From positions 2,046,001 to 2,110,000 of the forward strand of contig NC_086109.1 in the NCBI RefSeq assembly GCF_963921235.1: DNA of 64,000 bases, read 5' to 3'. Each line of letters starts with the position of its first letter. Position 1 is the stretch's first letter. The stretch is from Mobula hypostoma (Eukaryota). Below the pieces are notes generated by a model. That model was not told the DNA's origin. It ran no database searches and saw only the letters and a list, made by a program, of their open reading frames with translations. The position numbers were made by a program, and so were the translations under genes. Positions 1-11,589 of the stretch are shown in pieces.

Positions 1-595
1 TTAGCTTTCTTTTTGAGTTTATGTTTGAATTATCACCTGTTTGCTAACTTTTAGTAAATGCAGTATCGTGGGTTCTCGCTTCCTGTGGGGGGAGAGGAAG
101 GAGAACTGGCTCGAAGATGGTGGGTGGGGAAAGGTAAAGATGAGAAAATCTGCAGATGCTGGAAATCTGAGCAACACACACAAAATGCTGGAGGAACTCA
201 GCAGACCAGGCAGCATCTATGGAAAAGAGTGGACAGTTGACATTGCAGGCTGAGACCCTTCATCAGAGAAAGGAAAGGGGCTGGAGAAGAAGGTATCTGA
301 TAGGAGAGAACAGAGGGTAATGGGAGAAAGGGAAGAGGAGGGGCATTTATTTTTCAATGGGACATCATTGTGTTTTGAGTCTATGCCCTGTGGTCGAAGA
401 CACCTCACCCTGCCCATATGAAACATCCTCTCCAAGTCCATTGGTTTAAGTCTTTCAATATTCAGAATCAGAATCAGGTTTATTATCACTGGCATGGGTC
501 GTGAAATTTGTTAATTTTGAGGTAGCAGGACAATGCGATGCATGATGACAGAGAGAAAGAAACTGAATTGCAGTAAATATACGTATCGAATGTAT
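1..595. repeat. Paralogous block (third copy of the segment upstream of the V exons), continuing at ~3535-3670 after a CR1 insertion
   Basis: Position 1 aligns with 7556 and 11078 (ttagc...tttgagttt...gaattatcacctgtttg). After the CR1, 3535-3670 resumes the match to ~11670-11810. Confidence 0.9.
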
Positions 596-597
596 AA

Positions 598-3533
598 TTT
601 TCTAATCATTGGGACCTTGTTTTGGGGAGGTGTGACCTGTACAAAAAGGATGGGTTGCACTTGAATCCCAGGGGGACCAATATCCTGGTGGGGAGGTTTG
701 CTAAGGCTGCTGGGAGGAGTTCAAACTAGAATTGTTGGGGAGTGGGAACCGAACTAAAGAGACTGGGGAAGAGACGGTTGGCTCACAAATAGAGAAAGCT
801 TGCAGACAGTGTGTGAGGGAGGATTGGCAGGTGATAGAGAAGGGACACCCTCAGACCGACGGTTTCAGATGTGTCTATTTCAACGTAAGGAGTATTGTGA
901 ACAAAGCGGATGAGCTTCGAGCATGGATCAGTACTTGGAGATATGAAGTTGTGGCCATTACAGAGACTTGGATGGCTCAGGGACAGGAATGACTACTTCA
1001 AGTGCCAGGTTTTAGATGTTTCAGAAAGGACAGGAAGGGAGGCAAAAGAATTGGGGGCATAGCACTGTTGATCAGAGATCGTGTCACGGCTGCAGAAAAT
1101 GTGGACGCCATGGAGGGATTGTCTACGGAGTCTCTGTGGAACAGAGACCCTGAGAACAGAGGTTAGGAACAGGAAGGGGTCAATAACTTTACTGGGTGTT
1201 TCTTATAGGTTGCCCAATAGTAACAGGGATATTGAGGAACAGATGAGGAAACAGATCCTGGAAAGGTGCAATAATAACAGATTTGTCTTGATGGGAGATT
1301 TTAATTTCCCAAATATTGATTGACATTTCCCCAGAGCAAGGAGTTTAGATGGGAGAGAGTTTGTTAGGTGTGTTCAGGAAGGTTTCTTGACACAATATGT
1401 AGATTAGCCTACAAAAGAGACTGTACTTGATTTGGTATTGGGAAATGAACCTGGTCAGGTGTCAGGTCTCTCAGTGGGAGAGCATTTTGGAGATAGTGAT
1501 CATAATTCTATTTCCTTTACAATAGCATTGGAGAGGCATAGGAACAGACAACTCAGAAAAGCATTTAATTGGACTATGGCGAATTATGAGGCTATCAGGC
1601 AGGAAATTAGAAGCTTAAATTGGAAACAGATGTTCTCAGGGAAAAGGACAGAACAAATGTGGCAAATACTCAGCGGATATTTGTGTGGAGTTCTGCACAG
1701 GTAGGTTCCAATGAGACAGGGAAATTATGGTAGGGTACAGGAACCATGGTGTACAAAGGCTGCAATAAATCTAGTCAAGAGGAAAAGCTTGCAAAAGTTT
1801 CAGAGAGCGAAGTAATGTTGGAGATCTAGAAGATTATAAAGCTAACAGGAAGGAGGTTAAGAAGGAAATTAGGACAGCCAGAAGGGGCCATGAGAAGGCA
1901 TTGGTGAGCAGGATTAAGGAAAACCCCAAGATACTCTGCAAGTATGTGAAGAGTGTCACGTACCCTGTGATGGGTTAAAGAACCATCAGAAATGGAAAAC
2001 ACTTTGGAGTCCAGTATTGCTATTAACTAATGGTATTTGTTAGTAACTACACAATATGGTAATGTAAATGCTGATAAATCAAGCAGGTTAGCATTGATTA
2101 TATATAAGTAAGTGTGGAAATATGTGAGAACCAAGCTTCTTCAAGTCTGGGGGTAAACAGATTAGTCTTACAATGATGAGTAATGTTCAGTTCAGTTCGT
2201 GGTATTGCGTTGAGTAGCATTGGAGAGAGAGAGAGATTTGAGTCTTCAGGTGATCTGACGCCGTCAATCTTCCCAATGTCCTCTGAAATCCTTTAGAAGT
2301 CACTGATTGTGACCATAACAAAGGAGACCGTTCTTCTCTGCTGGAATTATCTACCCAGGCGAGGGTGGACTCACGAATAACTCCCCACAGGTCACACCCT
2401 TTTCACACTGCGAGAGCCACCAATCAATCCACCTTATTAACCCTCCAAAACCCACCTCTTCTGTGGGCACAACAAAGCTCATTCAGTGTCCAAAACCATG
2501 TGTCTGTAGGTCTAACAGTTGACCTTCTATTTATCTCACCGTGCTGAATACCAACTGTCCATCAAGCAGCTCCTCCCTTCTCTCGCTGTAAGAACTTGGA
2601 AGCTGCTAGCGTCCTTGCAGAACGTATAAACAAACTGTAAGCAGTCATCACCTCTCTCTCTCTTTCTTTCTCTCTCTTTTTAACAAGGTATCTGGTCTCT
2701 CTCTCTCTCTCCTTTCAAAAGTAAAGTTCATAGAGTTAATTCAGGACCCCCAGGGGTACATAACACGAGCAAGAGGATAAGACGTGAAAAAATAGAACCT
2801 ATCAAGTGTGACAATGGGAAAGTGTGTATGGAACCAGAGGAAATAGCAGAGGTACTTAATGAATACTTTACTTCAGTATTCACTATGGAAAAGGATCTTT
2901 GCGATTGTAGTCATGACTTGCAGCAAACTTTAAAACTTGAGCATGTAGATATTAAGAAAGAGGATGTGCTGGAGCTTTTGGAAAGCATCAAGTTGGGTAA
3001 GTCGCCAGAACCAGAGGAGGTGTACCCCAGACTACTGTGGGAGGCGAGGAAGGAGATTGCTGAGCCTCTGGTGATGATCATTGCATCATCAATGTGGACG
3101 GGAGAGGGTCCGGATGATTGGAAGGTTGCGGAAGTTGTTCCCTTATTCAAGAAAGGGAGTAGAGATAGCCCAGGAAATTATAGACCAGTCATTCTTACTT
3201 CAGTGGTTGATAAGTTGATGGAGAAGATTCTCAGAGGCAGGATTTATGAACATTTGGAGAAGTATAATATGATTAGGAATGGTCAGCATGGCTTTGTCAA
3301 AGGCAGGTCATGCCTTATGAGCCTGATTGAATTTTTTGAGGATGTGACTAAACACATTGATGAAGGAAGAGCAGTAGATGTAGTGTATATGGAATTTAGC
3401 AAGGCATTTGATAAGGTAACCCATGCAAGGTTTATTGAGAAAGTAAGGAGGCATAGTATCCAAGGGATCATTGCTTTGTGGATCCAGAAAAGGTCTGTGT
3501 TGTGCTGTAGATTTGCGACGTTTCTATGTTTCT
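598..3533 (+). mobile_element. CR1 LINE, 5'-truncated and internally deleted: end of ORF1 esterase, APE endonuclease, partial RT, 3' tail
   Basis: GLHLNPRGTNIL (SGNH esterase motif) near 650-700; CVYFNVRSIVNK..VAITETW and FVLMGDFNFPNID (APE); RT ORF 2822-3535 with NYRPV.LTS and QHGFVKGRSCL; jumps from mid-RT at ~3490 to the tttctatgtttct tail. Confidence 0.92.
1954..2765. mobile_element. Solo LTR inserted in the CR1
   Basis: TGTCACG...CATAACA termini; interrupts CR1 gtgaagag|caagagg with a near-TSD (agag/cgag); start resembles the LTR at 17422. Confidence 0.75.
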
Positions 3534-4221
3534 GATATGTATAGGAAGCTACCCATGGGACATCTGTAGAAATTTTCAACTCTTTTCACAGACAAAACAA
3601 ATCTCCTCAAACTCCTAATGAAATATAGCTGCTGTTCATGATAGCGGTGTCAATATTTTGTGCCCAGGTTTGGTCCAAGGTGGAGGTTGCCCTGAGGTGC
3701 AGGAACCATGTGGTGGGGAAGTTGACTTCTTCAGGGTGCCAAGGACCACACTGTGTGGCGGGAGTTGACTACGGGAGGGTGCCACCTTCTTCCCCTGTCA
3801 TAGCCACAGTCCAAAAGAGGACACAATCCTGCAGAGAAGGGACTGGGGAGACTCCCGGGATACAAACTCCTCTGTAGATCAGGGTGATGCAACCATGACT
3901 CATTTGCAAAGCGACCACTCTTTTCATCTCCATCGACGACGGCAATTATCTCATCGTGTGGGGGAATTTCAGCTCCACCACTGGGGTACACAGTGGCCGC
4001 TGTGTGTACCTGTCAATGTCACTGCAGATACTCAGACAGGCTACTCCAACAAACCCTCCCAAACTCTCCACCGCAAACCTCAAGAATGAATGTCTTGGAC
4101 ACGGACAAACAGGCAGTGGGGTTCAGTAAAGAGTGGAATGGCCAGGATCTGCCGTCACCCATTAATCGGGGGTGTTTCAGGAACTGGTGAAACCTGGGCC
4201 CCTCTGCAGTGTCTCACTCAC

Positions 4222-4524
4222 CGCACACCTCCAGTCGTATTCTGTTCTGAGTCTGTGCTCCTGAACTTGATGTAACAGTCACCTCATAATCACCAGTGTC
4301 TTCTCTCCGTAGATCACGGATTTCCAGACTGAAGTTCCCGGGATGAAAAGTTATCCGTCGCTTGTACTCCTCAGGACCGAAGAAGGAAATGTGTCCATTT
4401 GCATATTCTACTATTGTGGTTCCTTTTGATCTCCACACCACCTGAGAAATGTCCAGCCCGGCTGTAATCCCAGCAGGTAGGTAGACCAACTGTCCCCGTG
4501 CTCCTTTCACGGTTCCCATCCATT
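4222..4524 (-). CDS. Ig V-set exon V1, cysteine-less CD2/SLAM/CEACAM-N type (internal exon)
   Basis: Acceptor ttgtctcctcag, donor GTGAGT, 303 nt, phase 1-1; WMGTVKGARGQLVYLPAG...VVWRSK...RRITFHPGNFSLEIRDLRREDTGDYEVTV; no B/F-strand Cys pair. Confidence 0.9.
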
Positions 4525-5580
4525 CTGAGGAGACAAGAGGAGGCAGTCAGTAGGTGAGTTCAGTGACTGGAGCAGGAATCAGAGTGAGGGGGGTGTTGGG
4601 AGGGTGTTTCCCCCTCCTGTGGGATCTAGAACAAGGGCACAGTTTCAGAATAACTGACCATAATTTCTGACAGAGCTGAGGAATGATTTCCCCTCTCCAA
4701 GGATCAGGAGCCTATGGAATTTTCTCCCCCAGAGAGGTGCTGAGTCACTGTATTCAAAACTGAGACCGAATTTTAATCTGAAGAGGAGTCGGGAATAGGG
4801 GGGTTGTTGCTCGCCACCGCTTACACACTGGAAGAGGGAGCTGGAGGGGGGGATCTTAGTGGTTCTCACGTTTAACTGTCATTCATTCTTTGGGGTACTT
4901 CTCTGTTCTTGTGGATGTTTTGTGAAGAAAAAGCATTTCAGGATGTATATTGTATACATTTCTTTGGCATTAAAATGAAACTCTGAACCTTTTAAAGAGG
5001 CAGGGAAGTGGAGCTGAGATCAGGGTCAGACCAACCCCGAATTCAGTGAATGGGGAGTCAGCTCAAGGTGGGTGAAAGGCCACTCACTGTTCCTTGGATA
5101 AAAATACAGATGGGAGGGTTAGCATGTTTGCAGATGAGATAAAGATTGCTGGTGTTGTGGATGGTGCAGGGGAGTGCCAGTAGATGCAATTGGATGGATC
5201 AGATGCCGACATGGGTGGGGAAACGTGGCTGCATGTTCATCAGGTGGTAAAGAAGGGACTTTACATGCTTGTCCTCATCAGTCGAGGCACTCAGTTCAAA
5301 ATTCAGGAAGTTATGCTCCTTCTTTAAAAACTCTGATTAGGCTGATCTGGAGTGTTGCATTCATTTCCAGCCATCCCGTTAAAGGAACAACGTGGAGGCT
5401 TTGGAGAGGGAACAGACATTTACCATCTGGGTGCCTGGACTACAAGGCATGCTGGAAGAAAAAGTTGGACAAATTTTGGTCGTTTAATCACAGTGTTGGA
5501 GTTTGCAGAGAGACCTGATAGAAGTGTTTAATATTTTTAAGAATACAGATAAAGTAATCAGATAGTATTCTTTCCCCAGA

Positions 5581-5860
5581 GGTGGCACTATAGCGTAATG
5601 GTTAGCACAACGCTTTACAATACCAGTGAACCAGGTTGAATTCCCACTGCCCATAAGGAGTTTGTACATTCTCCCCGTGTCCACGTGGATTCCCCTGCGT
5701 GCTCTGGTTTCCTCCCACAGTCCAAGGACATACCAATTGCATGGTTAATTGGTCATTATAAATTGTCCTGTGATTAGGCTGGGTTACAATCGTGGGATTG
5801 CTGGGCAGTGTGGTTCAAATCTCGGAAGGGACTATTCCCTGCTGTATCTCGATAAAATTT
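5581..5860 (+). mobile_element. tRNA-derived V-SINE (HE1-like)
   Basis: Box A/B-like TAGCGTAATGG and GGTTGAATTCC, followed by the V-SINE core gagtttgtacattctccccgtg...ggtttcctcccacagtccaaggac. Confidence 0.75.
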
Positions 5861-6701
5861 TTTAAAAAATCAAATAAGAGGAGTCCAATACCAGAGATTG
5901 TGCACTTACAGTGACAGGGGTAAATTCAAAGGAGATGTGTGGGGCAAGATTTTCTTTACACACAGAGTGGTGGGAGCCTGAAATGGGCTGTCGGGAGTGG
6001 TGGTAGAGGCAAAGGCAAACCCGTTAAACCTGGGGTGGAGGAGATTTCTCCGGCAGACGTTGCTGAGTGAGATTATTGTGAATGTGATATTACTGTTAGA
6101 GTGAGTCAGGAACCATATTGATGTGTGTGAGTGTACTGTTGTGTCTGTGTACTGTGTCACTCACTGGGACACTATATTCAGTGTAATGAACACACAGGGT
6201 CTCACTCAGCACAGCACAGCATGAAGGCTGAGGAATAAACACCTTGCTGAGCTCAGACCTCAGTCTGGGCAATTAACAAGCAGTGCCTTCTGAAAATGGG
6301 ATCCCTGAACATGACAGACCAGGCCTTTGACCTGGGGATACGGAGGGATCTGTTTAACTGACCCACAGATATAGACCGTTCAGCCCATCCACAAGTCCCT
6401 TCCACCATATTAGCCTATCTCCCGTTCCCTGTTCCCCATCTGCTCATCTCCTCCAGCCTCGGAGTCACGAGGTTCCCCATTGACAGTTTGATGCTTCACA
6501 GCCTCTGGTCCAGTCTCCGGGGATGTGGTGAGTGTGTCCTCCAGACTCACACTGACTCAGCCTCACTACGCTGGGACCGTGAGCCCAGCTCTGGACACGG
6601 GCACTCAGTGGGGCTCAGTAAACAGGGGAATACACAGGATCATTAATTGGGGTGCTTCAGGAACTGATGAAACCCGGGCCCCTCCGCAGCATCTCACTCA
6701 C

Positions 6702-7022
6702 CGTACACATCCAGTTGCATTTTGTTCTGAGTCTGTGCTCCTGAACTTGCTGTAACAGTCACCTCATAATCACCAGTGTCCTCTCTCTGCAGATCACGGA
6801 TTTCCAGACTGAAGTTCCTGGGATGAAGAGTTATCCGTCGCTTGTACTCCTCAGATCCGTAATAGTCACTGATCTTGTTTGAATATGTCACTATCTTCAC
6901 CCTGGGTGACAACCGTCTCCACACAAGCTCAACAACGTCCGGTCCGACTGGGATCCCAGGATGTAAGGACATCGACTGTCCCTGTGTTCCGTTCACAGTG
7001 TTCAGGGAATCCCCAGTCCCAG
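6702..7022 (-). CDS. Ig V-set exon V2, cysteine-less CD2/SLAM/CEACAM-N type
   Basis: Acceptor ctcttgtctcctcag, donor GTGAGT, 321 nt, phase 1-1, open; GTGDSLNTVNGTQGQSMSLHPG...LVWRR...RNFSLEIRDLQREDTGDYEVTV; NGT and NFS sequons. Confidence 0.92.
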
Positions 7023-8839
7023 CTGAGGAGACAAGAGGAGACAGTCAGCAGGTGAATACAGTAACTGTAGAATCAGAGCCGGGAGGATCACAGTTACAGG
7101 AGCAGGCCATGTGGCCCATCATCTGACTCCTGACCCTGAGAGAGACCCTGCACACAGTTCCTACATCACACAGTGAGCCCACCGGGGGAACAGAGTGAAG
7201 ACTCTCCACACCCGGCCCTGAGGAAGGGAGTTGCAGCCTGCAGCCAGATATCGATGGTCATGACAGCAGAGCACAGACATGGCAAATGGGCTCCAGTCTG
7301 GAGAAAAGGTTTGTAGTGTTTGGAGAGAGTGAACACAATGAGGGAATACGGGAAATCACCGTCTACACTGTCCCTTCACCCACTCCCAGTGCACAGGTCA
7401 TGTACAGAATGAAGCTCGTCCACCCTGTCCTTCTGCAGAGGTCGACCGGGGGGCACTGGTCCTCTCGGCTGATCCTGACAACTGGTTCTTCACAGTGACG
7501 TTGTCGGATTAAGGTCTACAATCCTTATTTTTTAATTGTCCTTTTTCTTGTGGTTTTAGCTTTGTTTGTTTGAGTTTATATTTGAATTATCACCTGTTTG
7601 TCAACTTTTAGAAAATGGGGTATCTTTGGTTCTAGCTTCCTGTCGGGGGAGAGGAAGGAGAACTGGCTGGAAGATGGTGGGTGGGGAAAGATAAAGATGA
7701 GAAAATCTGAAGATGCTGGAAATCCGAACAACACTCACAAAATGCTGGAGGAACTCAGAATGCCAGGCAGTATCGATGGAAAAGAGTGAACAGTCGATGT
7801 TTCGGGCCGAGACCCTTCATCAGAGAAAGGAAAGGGGCTGGAGAAGAAGGTATCTGATAGGAGAGAACAGAGGGTAATGGGAGAAGGGGAAGAGGAGGGG
7901 CATTTCTGTTTCAAAGGGACATCATTGTGTTTTGAGGCTGTACCCTGTGGTCAAAGGCACACCCCCCATTTGAAGCATCCTCTCCAAGTCCATCTGTTTC
8001 GGTCTTTCAATATTCAGAATCAGAATCAGGTTTATTATCACCGGCATGGGTCGTAAAATTAGTTAACTTAGCAGCAGCAGTTCAATGCAGTACGTAATAT
8101 AGAAGGAGAAGAAAAACAAATAAAATAATAATAATAAATAAGTGAATTAATTTACGTATATCGATATAGAATAGATTTAAATAGTGCAAAAACAGAAATA
8201 AATATATTTTAAAAAGTAAGGTAGTGCTCACTGGTTCAATGTCCATTTAGAAATCAGACGGCAGAAGGGAAGAAGCTGTTCTTGAATCACTGAGTGTGTG
8301 CCTTCAGGCGTCTGTACCTCCTGCCTGATGGTAACAGCGAGAAAAGGGCATGCCCTTGGTGCTGGAGGGCCTTAATACTGGACGCTGCCTTTCTGAGACC
8401 CCGCTCCTTGAAGATGTCCTGGGTACTTTGTAGGCTAGTACCCAAGACAGAGCTGACTAAATTTACAATTTACAATCCTTTGCAGCCTCTTTCAATGGGT
8501 TTCAATGATATTCCACCACACAACCCCTTGTCATTCTCCAAATCTACAGGCCCAGAGCAATCAATTATTAACTCTTTCATCTTCTTGGGCCCTTACCTCG
8601 CAAAGAAGCATAGGCTATCAATGAACTCCCATCTCCATCACCCTCTATGCTGAGCCAGATCTCGAGGTTGGACCAGGCGTGTCCGCATCATCTAATTTCA
8701 GCCTCAACATCTCTCCCCTATGTGTTTCCCAAATAAAGCTTCCAAAGAAAGGTGAGTTTTGAACCTTTGAGAACAATGGAATATTTCTCTCTATGTCAAC
8801 TTCATCACTACAACAAAACCTTCGATACTTAGACACAAA

Positions 8840-9250
8840 CACCGTATGGAAACTGATGAAACATTATGGAATATCACAGAAATTTGTCAATATCTTTAGG
8901 AACTCTACAACATGTCATGCAAAGTCATACATGTGGGAAAACTGGCAGAAAGCTTCAATGTCAACACTGGGGTGGAGCTGGAATGTTTGGGTCCTTTCCT
9001 GTTCCTGTTGGCAACAAACTAGATAACGAAACAGACAACAAGTGAAAAATGAAATGGATCCAGTGGACTATGTGGCAGCAACTTGATCACTAAGAGTTTG
9101 CAGACAACATCACCCTGCTGTTTAGTTCGAACCAACAGATGGAAGAGAAATCAACACTCTTGACCGCTAACTCCACCACGTTGGCTCTGAGACCAAACGG
9201 AGATGAAACAGAAGAGATAAAGATAAACTGCACCAGCAACAGACCCATAG
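8840..9250 (+). mobile_element. RTE-clade LINE RT fragment, degraded
   Basis: VWKLMKHYGISQKFVNIF and a later frameshifted FADNITLL-like motif. Confidence 0.55.
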
Positions 9251-10206
9251 AGATGAGAGATACAACCCTGGAAGAACCCTTTCATTGCCGAGATGATTCT
9301 CATGGCTAGGGTTAAATTCAGGGATTTCTGGGTTGCATGGCTCAAAGTCCCGGAAGGGACTATTCCCTGCTGTATCTCAAATAAAAAGTCTCTAATACCA
9401 GAGATGGTTCCTTTAAAGTGACAGGGGTAAATTCAAAGGAGATGTGCAGGGCAAGATTTTCTTTACACACAGAGTGGTGGGAGCCTGAAATGGGCTGCCG
9501 GGAGTGGTGGTAGAGGCAAAGCAAACCCATTAAACCTGGGGTGGAGGAGATTTCTCCGGCAGACGCTGCTGAGTGAGATTATTGTGAATGTAATATTACT
9601 GTGAGAATGAGTCAGGAACCATATTGCTGTGTGTGAGTGTACTGTTGTGTCTGTGTACTGTGTCACTCACTGGGACACTATATTCAGTGCAATGAACACA
9701 CAGGGTCTCACTCAGCACAGCACAGCATGAAGGCTGAGGAATAAACACCTTGCTGAGCTCAGACCTCAGTCTGGGCCATTACCAAGCAGTGCCTCTGAAA
9801 ATGGGATCTCTGAACATGACAGACCAGGCCTTTGACCTGGGGATACGGAGGGATCTGTTTAACTGCCCCACAGATATAGACCGTTCAGCCCATCCACAAG
9901 TCCCTTCCACCATATTAGCCTATCTCCCGTTCCCTGTTCCCCATCTGCTCATCTCCTCCAACCTCGGAGTCACGAGGTTCCCCATTGACAGTTTGATGCT
10001 TCACAGCCTCTGGTCCAGTCTCCGGGGATGTGGTGAGTGTGTCCTCCAGACTCACACTGACTCAACCTCACTACACTGGGACCGTGAGCCCAGCTCTGGA
10101 CACGGGCACTCAGTGGGGTTCAGTAAACAGGGGAACACACAGGATCATTAATTGGGGTGCTTCAGGAACTGATGAAACCCGGGCCCCTCCGCAGCATCTC
10201 ACTCAC

Positions 10207-10527
10207 CGTACACATCCAGTCGCATTTTGTTCTGAGTCTGTGCTCCTGAACTTGCTGTGACAGTCACCTCATAATCACCAGTGTCCTCTCTCTGCAGATC
10301 ACGGATTTCCAGACTGAAGTTCCCGGGATGAAGAGTTATCCGTCGCTTGTACTCCTCAGATCCGTAATAGTCACTGATCTTGTTTGAATATGTCACTATC
10401 TTCATCCTGGGTGACAACCGTCTCCACACAAGCTCAACAACGTCCAGTCCGACTGGGATCCCAGGATGTAAGGAGACCGACTGTCCCCGTGTTCCATTCA
10501 CAGTGGTCGGGGAATCCCCAGTCCCAG
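10207..10527 (-). CDS. Ig V-set exon V3, cysteine-less CD2/SLAM/CEACAM-N type
   Basis: Same splice signals as V2, 321 nt, phase 1-1, open; 8 amino-acid differences from V2. Confidence 0.92.
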
Positions 10528-11589
10528 CTGAGGAGACAAGAGGAGACAGTCAGCAGGTGAATACAGTAACTGTAGAATCAGAGCCGGGTGGATCATAGTT
10601 ACAGGAGCAGGCCATGTGGCCCATCATCTGACTTCTGACCCTGAGAGAGACCCGGCACACAGTTCCTCCATCACACAGTGAGCCCACCGGGGGAACAGAG
10701 TGAAGACTCTCCACACCCGGCCCTGAGGAAGGGAGTTGCAGCCTGCAGCCAGATATCGATGGTCATGACAGGGAGGCAGAGACATGGCAAATGGGCTCCA
10801 GTCTGGAGAAAAGGTTTGTAGTGTTTGGAGAGAGTGAACACAATGAGGGAATACGGGAAATCACCGTCTACACTGTCCCTTCACCCACTCCCAGTGCACA
10901 GGTCATGTACAGAATGAAGCTCGTCCACCCTGTCCTTCTGCAGAGGTCGACCGTGGCACTGGTCCTCTCGGCTGACCCTGACCACTGGTTCTTCACAGTG
11001 ACGTTGTCGGATTAACATGACATTGTTGGATTAAGGTCTACAATTTTTGTTTTTTAATTGTCCTTTTCCTTGTTGCTTTAGCTTTCTTTTTGAGTTTATA
11101 TTTGAATTATCACCTGTTTGTTAACTTTTAGTAAGTGTGGTATCTTTGGTTCTAGCCTTCTGCGGGGGGAGAGGAAGGAGAACTGGCTGGAAGATGGTGG
11201 GTGGTCAGGTGGGTGGGGAAAGGTAAAGACGAGAAAATCTGAAGGTGCTGGAAATCCGAGCAACACACACAAAATGCCAGGCAGTATCGATGGGAAAGAG
11301 TGAACAGTTGACATTTCAGGCCGGGACCCTTCATCAGAGAAAGGAAAGGGGCTGGGGAAGAAGGTATCTGATAGGAGTGAACAGAGGGCAATGGGAGAAA
11401 GGGAAGATGAGAGGCATTTCTGTTTCAATGGGACATCATTGTTTTCTGAGGCTGTGCCCTGTGGTCGAAGACACCCCACCATGCACATATGAAACATCCT
11501 CTCCAAGTCCATCAGTTTCGGTCTTTCAGTATTCAGAATCAGAATCAGGTTTATTATCACCAGGATGGGTCGTGAAATTTGCTAATTTT

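Noticed and set aside
3690-4030. C2 or transmembrane exon following V1
   Set aside because: No frame gives Ig cysteines or a hydrophobic run; the rest of the gene probably lies left of the window.
5581-5660. tRNA gene
   Set aside because: The A/B boxes run into a V-SINE core and no cloverleaf can be folded.
6457-6527. Plus-strand exon (ctcctccag...GATGTG|GTGAGT)
   Set aside because: The acceptor is CAA in the duplicate near 9960, and no plus-strand partner exons were found.
7190-7310. Unit-specific leader exon upstream of V2 (and 10690-10810 for V3)
   Set aside because: Acceptor-like ttttctccag and two ATGs are present, but neither frame is a good hydrophobic leader and the only phase 1 donor (GTGGGC) is weak.
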